Source: an uncultured Planctomycetota bacterium (GTDB lineage Bacteria > Planctomycetota > Planctomycetia > Isosphaerales > Isosphaeraceae). From it: a stretch of 64,000 nt of DNA. The DNA lies in assembly GCA_963737655.1 (NCBI GenBank), contig CAVTTN010000002.1, positions 2,080,001-2,144,000 of the forward strand. Direction: 5' to 3'. The notes under the pieces were generated by a model. That model searched no databases and had not been told where the DNA came from. It saw only the letters and a program-made list of their open reading frames with translations. Positions 28,292 to 36,974 of this stretch are shown here, one piece after another; positions within the stretch are counted from its first letter, which is position 1, and the number at the start of each line of letters is the position of its first letter. The translations under genes were made by a program, and so were the position numbers.

Positions 28292-29560
28292 GTGGTACCG
28301 TCGAAGGGGCTCGCCGTCCCGTCCCTGGAGGGCCGTCCCTTGCCGATTCCTTCGCTCCGCCCCCGATGGCGAGGCCCGTGGGCCCTGGGCATTCTCTTCG
28401 GCGCGATCCAGGCGGCCCTGGTCCTTCGGATCTCCTGGGGCAAGCTCCGGGCCGGGATCGAGGACACCGACCTCTATTTCCGCTATGCGTCGTCGATGGG
28501 GAACGGGACGCTTCCCTACCGCGATTTCGCCGTCGAATACCCTCCGCTCGCCCTGCCCCTGTTCCTCGCGCCGGCGGCCCTGGCGAGGGATGTCGGCACG
28601 TTCAAGATCCTCTTCGCCGTCGAGATGCTGTTGATCAACGCGGTTTGCGTGGTCCTGGTCGCCCGACGGGTGGCCCATCGCGAAGGACCGGCCCGGGTGG
28701 CGCCACGGCTCGCCTGGTACTCGGCCGTCGTCCTGATCTTCTCTCGATTGATCGTGACCCGTTACGACGCCGCGCCGATGCTCGTCGGGTTCCTCGCGGC
28801 CCTCGCCTGGGACGCGAATCGAAGCGTCTCCGGCGGGAGCCTGGCGTCTCTCGGGGCGCTGATGAAGGTCTACCCGGCGACGATCGCGATCGTGGGGGCG
28901 GTCCGCGATTTTCGGAAGGCGCGAAACGTCCGCGGGATCGCCGCGTTCGCGGTCGCCTCGGCGATGGGCGCGGGCCTCTGGCTCGTCGTCGGCGGAATCC
29001 CCGGCGTCCTGGCCACGGCCCGCTATCACATGGGTCGAGGCTTCGAGTATGGAAGTCTTTATTCGGGATTCTTGATGCTGGCGGCGAAGGTCCTGGGTCA
29101 CGAGATCGTGATCTCCCGAGATCACGCCTCGTTCTCGACGATCACCCCCTGGACCGGGCCGGTCTTGAGGCTGGCCTTCCCGATCCAGGGGGCCTTCCTG
29201 TTCCTGGTCGCCGGGATCTTCGCCCGGAGAGGCTCGAACGAGATGATCCGGTACTCGGGGGCGGCCGTCCTGGCGTTCATCGCCTCGGGCAAGGTGTTCT
29301 CGCCGCAATACCTGATCTGGCCGATCCCATTCCTCGCGGTTCTGGAAGGCCCTGTCGCCCGCCGGTCTCGGCTCCTGTTCCTGGCGATCTGCGCGATGAG
29401 CCTCCTGGCGCCGTCGGCCTTCTCGGCCCTGTCGCGGACCCACCTCGTCCTCATCCTGGCGTTCACCGCGAGGAACCTCCTCGTCCTGGGCCTCCTGGCC
29501 CTGATGGTTTTCGGACCGCCGGGCGAGCGCGGCGGCCCCTCGTCGGCGGTCGGGGCGTGA
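28292..29560 (+). CDS. GT87-like (GT-C fold) integral membrane glycosyltransferase
   Basis: PYRDFAVEYPPLA, TRYD, KVYP and KVFSPQYLIW motifs, about 10 TM helices; start uncertain. Confidence 0.75.
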   Translation: MVPSKGLAVPSLEGRPLPIPSLRPRWRGPWALGILFGAIQAALVLRISWGKLRAGIEDTDLYFRYASSMGNGTLPYRDFAVEYPPLALPLFLAPAALARDVGTFKILFAVEMLLINAVCVVLVARRVAHREGPARVAPRLAWYSAVVLIFSRLIVTRYDAAPMLVGFLAALAWDANRSVSGGSLASLGALMKVYPATIAIVGAVRDFRKARNVRGIAAFAVASAMGAGLWLVVGGIPGVLATARYHMGRGFEYGSLYSGFLMLAAKVLGHEIVISRDHASFSTITPWTGPVLRLAFPIQGAFLFLVAGIFARRGSNEMIRYSGAAVLAFIASGKVFSPQYLIWPIPFLAVLEGPVARRSRLLFLAICAMSLLAPSAFSALSRTHLVLILAFTARNLLVLGLLALMVFGPPGERGGPSSAVGA

Positions 29561-29710
29561 TTTTTCCGGGTTTTCGGGCCGTCCGGGGGACATTTTTCGT
29601 CTCTTTATCAATTCGGAGTTGAAGAGACGCCCCGGGACCGATTAGCATCGGGCTCGAATCGATTTCGGAAGAGGCCCGCGATCCCCGACGTCTTGCGGAA
29701 AGGAGCGGCC

Positions 29711-31273
29711 ATGCGCGTCCTCGGAGCCGTCTGCCTCGCCCTGCTGGCCAGCCTCGGAGCGAGGGCCGGGGACGTCGGATCGCCCCGATTGCCCGAGCCT
29801 CCTCCGGGACCGCGGCGCCTGACCGCCCGGATCGACGCCCTCCTGGACGCCCGATGGGCCGACGCCCATTCTCGACCTTCGGCCCGGGCCGACGACGCCG
29901 AATTCCTCCGCCGGGCCAGCCTGGACCTCGTCGGCACGATCCCCACCCCGGCCGAAGCCAGGAACTTCCTCGACGACCCCGGCCCCGACAAGCGCCTGGC
30001 CCTCGTCGATCGCCTGCTCGAAAGCCCGGCGTTCGCGGCGAGGTCCGCCCTGCTGTGGAAGCAGCTCCTCCTGCCCGAGGCCGACGACCAGGGGCAGGTG
30101 GCCTCCGGCGGCCTGGACGCATGGCTGAGGAAGAAGGTCGCCGAGGACGCCGGCTATGACCGGATCGTCCGCGAAGTCCTGGCGACGAAGCTCGGCGGCG
30201 ACGTCAACGACATGGCCGTGGCCGCCTCCGAGCCCTCCCCGGCCGCCTTCTTCGCGGCCCGGGCCGGCAAGCCCGAGGAGCTCGCCGGGGACGCCGCCCG
30301 CACCTTCCTCGGCATCCGAGTCGAGTGCGCCCAGTGCCACGACCACCCCTTCGCCAAGTGGAAGCGCGAGGAGTTCTGGGGCTTCGCCGCCTTCTTCGCC
30401 GGGGTCCCCCGCCAGGCGGACGACGTCGCCGCCCGGAGGAACGGCCGGACCGACCCGGACCTCCGCGAGCTGACGATCCCCGGCACGACGAAGGTCGTCA
30501 AGGCCACGCACCTCGATCATTCCTCGCCCGTCTGGCGCCCCCGGGTCGGCACCCGGGACGTCCTGGCCGACTGGGTCACGGCGCCCGACAATCCCTACTT
30601 CGCCCGGGCCGAGGTCAACCGGACCTGGGCCCGCCTCTTCGGCCAGGGGCTGATCGACCCGGTGGACGACCTCGACGCCAGCGGAGATCCCGCCCTCGTC
30701 GCGATCCTCGACGAGATCGCCCGCGACTTCCGCGATCACGGCTACAACCGCAAGTACCTCCTCCGCGCCCTGATGGCGACGAGGGCCTATAACCTCTCCA
30801 GCGCCGCCGATCCGGGCCAGTCGGCCAGCCCCGCGCCGTTCTCCCGGATGCCGGTCCGCGGCCTCTCTCCCGACCAGTTCGTCGATAGCCTGGCGCAGGC
30901 CACGGGCGTCGATCTCGCCGATTCGCGAGCCCGGTTCGTCGAGCTGTTCGCCGAGCGAGACGTCCCGCTGATCGAGTCGCAGACGACGATCCTCCAGGCC
31001 CTGACCCTGATGAACGGCAAGTTCATCGACGGGGCCACGAAGGCCGAGACCGGCGACGTGATCGGCGCGATCGCCGGGGCGCCGTACCTCGACACCGCCG
31101 GGAGGGTCGAGCTCGCCTTCCTCGCCGCCCTGACCCGCCGGCCGACGACCGACGAGAGGGACCGGGCCGTCCGGTTCATCGACCGCAAGGCCACCGAGGA
31201 CGGCCGGGCCCGGGCCCTGTCGGACCTCTTCTGGGCCCTGCTCAACGGCCCGGAATTCCGCACGAATCATTGA
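29711..31273 (+). CDS. DUF1549/DUF1553 (PSCyt2/PSD1) domain protein
   Basis: RBS AAGGAG; signal peptide; DDAEFLRRASLDLVGTIPT, FLGIRVECAQCHDHPF, NPYFARAEVNRTW, QALTLMNG, DLFWALLNGPEFRTNH. Confidence 0.92.
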   Translation: MRVLGAVCLALLASLGARAGDVGSPRLPEPPPGPRRLTARIDALLDARWADAHSRPSARADDAEFLRRASLDLVGTIPTPAEARNFLDDPGPDKRLALVDRLLESPAFAARSALLWKQLLLPEADDQGQVASGGLDAWLRKKVAEDAGYDRIVREVLATKLGGDVNDMAVAASEPSPAAFFAARAGKPEELAGDAARTFLGIRVECAQCHDHPFAKWKREEFWGFAAFFAGVPRQADDVAARRNGRTDPDLRELTIPGTTKVVKATHLDHSSPVWRPRVGTRDVLADWVTAPDNPYFARAEVNRTWARLFGQGLIDPVDDLDASGDPALVAILDEIARDFRDHGYNRKYLLRALMATRAYNLSSAADPGQSASPAPFSRMPVRGLSPDQFVDSLAQATGVDLADSRARFVELFAERDVPLIESQTTILQALTLMNGKFIDGATKAETGDVIGAIAGAPYLDTAGRVELAFLAALTRRPTTDERDRAVRFIDRKATEDGRARALSDLFWALLNGPEFRTNH

Positions 31274-31348
31274 GCGAAGCGAATCCCATCGGGGCGGGCG
31301 GGCGTTCCGCGTCGCCGGGCTGCATCGTCATTCCCAAGGGAGGGCGCC

Positions 31349-32698
31349 GTGATGGACCGTTCGTCGTCGAGGCCGGGCCTGAGTCGCCGGCAGATGCTCC
31401 GCCTGGCCTCCGTCGGCGCGGTGGGCGCGTCGGTCTCCGGCTGGCTCGGCAACCTCGCCGCGGTCGCCGCGGGCGACCCGAAGCGGCGCAAGTCGTGCAT
31501 CCTGCTGTGGATGTCCGGCGGGCCGAGCCAGATCGACACGTTCGACCCCAAGCCCGACCACAAGAACGGCGGCCCGTTCAAGCCGATCCAGACGAGCGTC
31601 CCGGGCCTCCTCCTCGGGGAGCACCTGCCGAAACTGGCCAAGGACGTCAAGGACCTCGCCATCCTCCGGGGGATGAGCACGAAGGAAGGCGACCACGGCC
31701 GGGCCACGTATAACCTCCGCACGGGATATCTCCCTCAGGGGCCGATCCGCTACCCGGCGCTGGGTTCGATCGTGGCCAAGGAGCTGGAGGACGAGTCGGC
31801 CGAGCTGCCCGGGTTCGTCAGCATCGCCCCGAGCCGCGCCTTCAGCCCGGCCGCGTACGGGCCCGGCTTCCTCGGCCCGCGATACGCCCCCCTGATCGTC
31901 GGCGAACGCGCCGGAGGGGGAGGCCGGAGCGGCCCCCGCGCGTTCCGAGTCGAGGACCTGGAGCTCCCCTCGGGCGTCGATCGCGAACGCTCCGACGACC
32001 GCCTCGAACTCATGGAGTCGTTCGCGAAGGAGTTCCGAAGCACCCGCCCCGGGGTCTCCCCCGCGAGCCACGAGGACGCCTATCAGCGCGCCGTGAAGAT
32101 GATGAGATCGCCGGCCGCCCGGGCCTTCGAGCTCGACGAGGAATCCGACGCCGTCCGCGACGCCTACGGCCGCAACCCGTTCGGCCAGGGCTGCTTGCTG
32201 GCACGGCGGCTGGTGGAGCGCGGCGTCCCGTTCGTCGAGGTCACGCTCTCCAGCGTCGACGGCCGCAACGGCCTGGGCTGGGACACCCACGCCCAGAACT
32301 TCGACGCCGTGAAGGCCCTCTGCGGGGTCCTCGACTCCGGCTGGGCGACCCTCATGAATGACCTCCGCGCCCGGGGATTGCTCGAGGATACCCTGATCGT
32401 CTGGATGGGCGAGTTCGGCCGGACCCCGAAGATCAACGAGAACGCCGGCCGCGACCACTTCCCCAACGCCTGGTCCACCGTCCTGGCGGGCGGGGGGATC
32501 AAGGGCGGCCAGGCGATCGGCGACACCGGGGCCGACGGCGAGACCGTCAAGGATCGCCCGATCGCCGTGCCCGACCTGCTCGCCACCGTGGTCAAGGCGC
32601 TCGGGCTCGACCCGATGGCCCAGAACATCGCCGAGAACGGCCGGCCGATCCGGCTGGTGGACCCCAAGGCCAAGACGATCCTCGAGGCCCTCGCATGA
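31349..32698 (+). CDS. DUF1501 domain protein (Tat-exported, sulfatase-like fold)
   Basis: Tat motif SRRQML; CILLWMSGGPSQIDTFDPKP, FGQGCLLARRLVERGVPFVEV, WDTH, GEFGRTPKIN, GRDH. Confidence 0.93.
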   Translation: MMDRSSSRPGLSRRQMLRLASVGAVGASVSGWLGNLAAVAAGDPKRRKSCILLWMSGGPSQIDTFDPKPDHKNGGPFKPIQTSVPGLLLGEHLPKLAKDVKDLAILRGMSTKEGDHGRATYNLRTGYLPQGPIRYPALGSIVAKELEDESAELPGFVSIAPSRAFSPAAYGPGFLGPRYAPLIVGERAGGGGRSGPRAFRVEDLELPSGVDRERSDDRLELMESFAKEFRSTRPGVSPASHEDAYQRAVKMMRSPAARAFELDEESDAVRDAYGRNPFGQGCLLARRLVERGVPFVEVTLSSVDGRNGLGWDTHAQNFDAVKALCGVLDSGWATLMNDLRARGLLEDTLIVWMGEFGRTPKINENAGRDHFPNAWSTVLAGGGIKGGQAIGDTGADGETVKDRPIAVPDLLATVVKALGLDPMAQNIAENGRPIRLVDPKAKTILEALA

Positions 32699-34383
32699 CC
32701 CCCCTCGCCGCGATCCTGATCCTCGGCCTCGTCGCGCCCGAAGACCCGGCCGATGGGGCCGCCCGCGACCTCATGATCCTGGGCGAGACCCGGCCGATCC
32801 TCCTCCGAATCCGCGTGAAGATCGGCGACCGCCCGTTCGGCGACGCCTGGAAGGAGGCCACCCGCGGCCTCCTCCTCGGCCTCGACCGCGACAAGGACGG
32901 CAAGGTCACGATCGACGAGGCCGAGAAGGGCGGGCTCGCCGCGTCTCTCGGCCCGGCCCCCGCCAACGGCCAGGCCAAGCCCGTCGCCGGCCTCGACGCG
33001 AACAAGGACGGCGCGATCTCCGAGGACGAGCTGGCCGAGGCCCTCCGGGCCGCCGCGAGCGGCCCGTTCCGCCTCGCGGTCGAGGGCCTGACCGACCGCC
33101 GGACCGACGCCCTGTTCGACCACCTCGACCGCGACAAGGACGGCGAGCTCTCCCGCCCCGAGATGGAGGCGATCATCGGCTCCCTCCACCGGCTCGACCG
33201 CAACGCCGACGAACTGATCGACGCCGGGGAGATCGAGATCGTCGCCCCGCCGGCCGCCTCGATGGCCGGCCGGCCGTCGAGCGATCCCGGAGTCCCCGCC
33301 GTCCTCGAACTCGGCCCCGAGGAGTCGCCCGCGAGGCTCACTCGGGTTCTCATCAAGAAATATGACGTTGGGTCAAGCCGAGGGCCCGGTCGGCGAGACT
33401 CCAAGCTCTCGGCCGAGGAGTTCGCCATCGGCGAATCGGCGTTCGCCTCCGCCGACGCCAACAAGGACGGCCTCCTGACGGCCGACGAGCTCCGGACCTA
33501 CCTGGAGAAGGCCCCGAGAGACGCCATCATCGACGTGAGCCTCTCGCCCGACGCCTCGGGCCACGCCTCGGCCCGGGTTCGCGGAGGCGACGGCGGGCCT
33601 CCTCCGGCCGGGATGACGGTCCGGCAACTGGGCGAGGAGGCCGTGGAGATCGACCTCGGCACGATCCGGCTCGACCTCATCGCCGACGACGGCGCCGGGG
33701 CCCTCGAAGCGGCCCGAAAGGGCTTTCAGGAACGCTTCAAGGCCGCCGATTCCGACGCCAACGGCTACCTCGAACCGGACGAGGTGGGGGTCGGAGACAA
33801 CGGACTGCCCTCGCCGTTCGCCGGGCTGTTCAAGTCGCTGGATCGAGACGACGACAACAAGGTCTATCACAACGAGATCGACGATTTCCTCGCCCAGCAG
33901 GCCGCCGCGGCCCGAGGCCGGGTCATCATGACGGCCTCGAACGAGGGCCGGGCCCTGTTCGGGATGCTCGACCTGGACCGGGACCGCCGTCTCGGGGCCC
34001 GCGAGGTCCTCGAAACCTTCGCCCGGCTCTCGGCCTGCGACCGGGACACCAACGGCCGGGTCACCCCCGAGGAAATCCCCCACCACATCGCCCTGACGCT
34101 CACCCGAGGCGACCTCTCGGCCCTCCTCATGGCCCCCTTGCCCAACGGAGTCGTCGCGGCCAACAACGCCCGAACGCTGCCCACGCCCAGGCCCACCCGA
34201 CCGGCCGCCGGCCCCACCTGGTTCCGCAAGATGGACCGCAACCGAGACGGCGACGTCTCCCGACGAGAATTCCTCGGGACCCGAGAGCAATTCGCCCGCC
34301 TCGACACCGACCACGACGGCCTGATCGGCCCCGCCGAGGCCGACGCGGCCACCAAGGACAAGGCGGACCCGCCGAAGCCGTAG
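32695..34383 (+). CDS. EF-hand repeat calcium-binding protein
   Basis: ATGA overlap with the DUF1501 gene; many DxDxDG loops (DRDKDGKVT, DANKDGAIS, DSDANGYLE, DRNRDGDVS, DTDHDGLIG). Confidence 0.88.
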   Translation: MTPLAAILILGLVAPEDPADGAARDLMILGETRPILLRIRVKIGDRPFGDAWKEATRGLLLGLDRDKDGKVTIDEAEKGGLAASLGPAPANGQAKPVAGLDANKDGAISEDELAEALRAAASGPFRLAVEGLTDRRTDALFDHLDRDKDGELSRPEMEAIIGSLHRLDRNADELIDAGEIEIVAPPAASMAGRPSSDPGVPAVLELGPEESPARLTRVLIKKYDVGSSRGPGRRDSKLSAEEFAIGESAFASADANKDGLLTADELRTYLEKAPRDAIIDVSLSPDASGHASARVRGGDGGPPPAGMTVRQLGEEAVEIDLGTIRLDLIADDGAGALEAARKGFQERFKAADSDANGYLEPDEVGVGDNGLPSPFAGLFKSLDRDDDNKVYHNEIDDFLAQQAAAARGRVIMTASNEGRALFGMLDLDRDRRLGAREVLETFARLSACDRDTNGRVTPEEIPHHIALTLTRGDLSALLMAPLPNGVVAANNARTLPTPRPTRPAAGPTWFRKMDRNRDGDVSRREFLGTREQFARLDTDHDGLIGPAEADAATKDKADPPKP

Positions 34384-34413
34384 GGATCGCGGCGCTTAAG
34401 GGATGTTTTCATC

Positions 34414-34471
34414 CGAAATCGGCGCTGGTTCCTCATTCCGAGGCGAGAATGAGGAACCAGCGCCGATTTCG
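34414..34471. repeat. perfect 25-bp hairpin (terminator or REP-like)
   Basis: CGAAATCGGCGCTGGTTCCTCATTC (34414-34438), 8-nt loop, exact reverse complement at 34447-34471; 30 nt after the EF-hand stop; no U-tract. Confidence 0.75.
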
Positions 34472-34513
34472 ATCGGTCAGGCCCCGTTGACGCGGCCGGG
34501 AAAGGACGGGACG

Positions 34514-34771
34514 ATGAACTCGGAGCCACTCGGACAGAACGCTCTGGGAGAGATGCTCACCGCCGAGGAGATCGCGTCCCGCTTTGCCCCGGAATGGGTC
34601 CTGATCGGCGACCCCCGGACCGGCGCCGAGCAAAGGCTCCTGGGAGGCCGGGTCCTCGATCACAGCCCGGATCGCGACGAGATCGATCGCAAGGCCAGGG
34701 AACTGCACCTCCACGAGATCGCCGTGCGGTTCCTGGGAACCTGGCCCGACGACATGGCCTTGGTCCTGTGA
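34514..34771 (+). CDS. small DUF5678-like protein
   Basis: 85 aa, EIASRFAPEWVLIGD...GRVLDHSPDRDEI...AVRFLG; GTGA overlap with the retropepsin-like frame. Confidence 0.6.
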   Translation: MNSEPLGQNALGEMLTAEEIASRFAPEWVLIGDPRTGAEQRLLGGRVLDHSPDRDEIDRKARELHLHEIAVRFLGTWPDDMALVL

Positions 34772-35154
34772 GCGCCCACGTTTTCCACGCATAATCCGGC
34801 CCGATCCTGGTCGAGGTCGAGGCGGTCGGGCCGACCGGGAAGGCCAACCTCCGACTTTCGCTAGCCACCGGGGCGACCACGAGCCTCCTCAACCTCGCAG
34901 CCGTTCTTTACCTGGGGTTCGTCCCCGACAACTCGCCACAACGAGTTCGCATGACGACGGGCAGCCAGGTCGAAGACGTCCCCGTCATCGTCCTGACGCG
35001 GCTCAGCGCCCTCGCTCAGCACCGATTCGGCTTCCCCGTGATCGCGCACGCGCTTCCCCCAAGCACCGCCATCGACGGGCTACTTGGCCTGGATTTCCTC
35101 CGCAACGGCGTGCTGACCATCGACTTCCGGGCGGGGCAACTCACCATGGAATGA
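34768..35154 (+). pseudogene. retropepsin-like (clan AA) aspartic protease pseudogene
   Basis: Frame from GTG 34768 reads MSAHVFHA*SGPILVEVEAVGPTGKANLRLSLATGATTSLL...IDGLLGLDFLR; in-frame TAA at 34792-34794; catalytic DTG reads ATG (GCC at 34864-34866). Confidence 0.8.
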
Positions 35155-35255
35155 ATCGACGACCGGTATACGGCGGTCTTATGTTTGGCGGAGAGGCTGC
35201 CGACGAGCGCGCGGACCTGGTCCGGTTCGAGTTATATTTGCATTTCTTGAGAATC

Positions 35256-36974
35256 TTAAGGCACCTGCCGATTCAGCTTCAGCAGGACCCGTTCGGCGCG
35301 GAAGACGATCTCGATGTCTTTCTCCCTGAGCGCGTCCTCCAGGACGGGGACGGCGACCGGACCCATTTCGAAGAGCTGGGTTTCGGCGTCTTCTCGGGAT
35401 TTGGGGGCGGTGTCTCCTAGCTTCTTCACGAGCTCTCTTGCCCGGTCCTGGAGGCGGGGATCGACTCCGTGGGAGACGACCAGGGCGGTCCTCACGAACT
35501 TCTTGGGCGTGGGGAAGACGTCGAGCAGGAGGATCTCGTCGATCGCCTCCCGGGAGAGGTGCGTGAGGACGATCAGCCCCTTGGGCTCGAACAGCGAGGG
35601 GGCGTACTGGTCGAGGTAGGTCTGGGTGACCTCGGGTCGGAGGCCCTGGGCGGCGAGGCGTCGGGCGTAGGTGTCCCGGGTGATCTCTCGGTAGGAGGGG
35701 TCGGAGGGCTTGAGCGGCTGGGAGAGCGAGAGCTTGACCGGCGGGCCTTCGATCACCGCTTTCTTGTTGGTCTCGGCGGCGAGGCGGGCGGCCGTGGTGA
35801 TGAAGAGGCTGCCGTCGTCGGCGATCCGGTAGCTCAGGCCGATGGTGCCGATCGTCTCGGCCAGGGCGTCGCGGGCGGCGATGCCCCCGGGGGCCTTCAG
35901 GGTCATCGGCTGGCCGAGGTCGATGTTGGCTTCCTTCAGGGTGGGGTCGTCGGTCTCGTACCGGAATCGGGCCTGGGCGGCGATCAGGGCGAGGACCTCG
36001 CTCCGGGGCACCTTGTCGGCGTCCACGTTCACGGCGCGGTTGAGGGCCTGATCGACCCGGGCGCGGATGTTGGCGTCGCCTTCGGCCGGGAGGGGCTTGG
36101 CCTTGGGCTTTTCCTTCGCCTTGTCCTTGTCCTTGTCCTTGCTCTTGAGGTCGGCCTCGGCGGCCTCGAAGACGGCCTCGGCGGCCTTGGCCTTGGTCTC
36201 GGGCTTGTCCTTGTCCTGCTCCTTCTGCTTCTTTTCCTTGTCCTTGGCGGCGACTTCCTCGGGCGTTTCGCCGGGAATTCCCGGGGGGAGGGCGTCGAGC
36301 CAGCCGACGCGGAAGGCCCCGCCCTCGACCGGGACGATCACGGCGACGTCGAGGAGCTTGTGGTTCGTGAGGTTCTGGAGCGTGTATTCCTCGGGGCCTC
36401 CGCGGATCTTCACCGGGATCGGGACGTTGACCTCGGCGTCGTAGGCGAGGAAGCGCTCGGTGCGGGTCTCGTGCTTGAAGTGGAGGGCCGAGTCGGTCTT
36501 GCGGAGCTTCGTCAGCCAGTGGTCCTCGGGCAGGAAGCCGGGGGTGATCCCCGCCGGGGCGGAGGCGAGGAGGTCGGTCTTGAACCAGCGGAGGCCGTCG
36601 CTCCTCTCGGTGGCCTGGGGCCAGTGGGATTGGAGGATGGCCTTCTTGGTCCGCAGGTCGATGTCGATATCTTTCGTCGGCTCGCCGAACGCCTGGACGA
36701 CGGTGATCGGGGCGACGGCGAACTTGCGGTCGAGCTCGGGGCCTTCGACCTTCGGCCGGATCGTGCCCACGGGCCCGGGCATGGCGTTGCGGTAGACCCG
36801 CGAGGCATTGAGCGAGGCCTGCGCGGGGCTGCCGACCCAGACCGACCACTCGTAGACCTCGACCGGGGGCTGGGGGCGGTCCTCGCCGCCGAGGAGGGCG
36901 GAGGCGAAGACCAGGACGGCCGCCGGCACCGGCGCGAGGATTCGGGCGAGCTTCGGACGGGGGGATCGGCTCAT
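35256..36974 (-). CDS. exported hypothetical protein with STN-like domain and C-terminal HEAT repeat
   Basis: ATGA overlap with the upstream gene; signal-like N-terminus; VYEWSVW motif; K/D/E-rich linker; RVDQALNRAVNVD...GLSYRIADDGSLFITT; LVKKLGD...REDAETQLFEMGPVAVPVL. Confidence 0.75.
   Translation of the reverse strand: MSRSPRPKLARILAPVPAAVLVFASALLGGEDRPQPPVEVYEWSVWVGSPAQASLNASRVYRNAMPGPVGTIRPKVEGPELDRKFAVAPITVVQAFGEPTKDIDIDLRTKKAILQSHWPQATERSDGLRWFKTDLLASAPAGITPGFLPEDHWLTKLRKTDSALHFKHETRTERFLAYDAEVNVPIPVKIRGGPEEYTLQNLTNHKLLDVAVIVPVEGGAFRVGWLDALPPGIPGETPEEVAAKDKEKKQKEQDKDKPETKAKAAEAVFEAAEADLKSKDKDKDKAKEKPKAKPLPAEGDANIRARVDQALNRAVNVDADKVPRSEVLALIAAQARFRYETDDPTLKEANIDLGQPMTLKAPGGIAARDALAETIGTIGLSYRIADDGSLFITTAARLAAETNKKAVIEGPPVKLSLSQPLKPSDPSYREITRDTYARRLAAQGLRPEVTQTYLDQYAPSLFEPKGLIVLTHLSREAIDEILLLDVFPTPKKFVRTALVVSHGVDPRLQDRARELVKKLGDTAPKSREDAETQLFEMGPVAVPVLEDALREKDIEIVFRAERVLLKLNRQVP

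Noticed and set aside
13009..35254. Identical 14-mer CATTTCTTGAGAAT at 13009-13022 and 35241-35254
   Set aside because: Only two copies, in unrelated contexts (repeat spacer; convergent gene ends) and 22 kb apart; could be chance, so not claimed as an operator or att site
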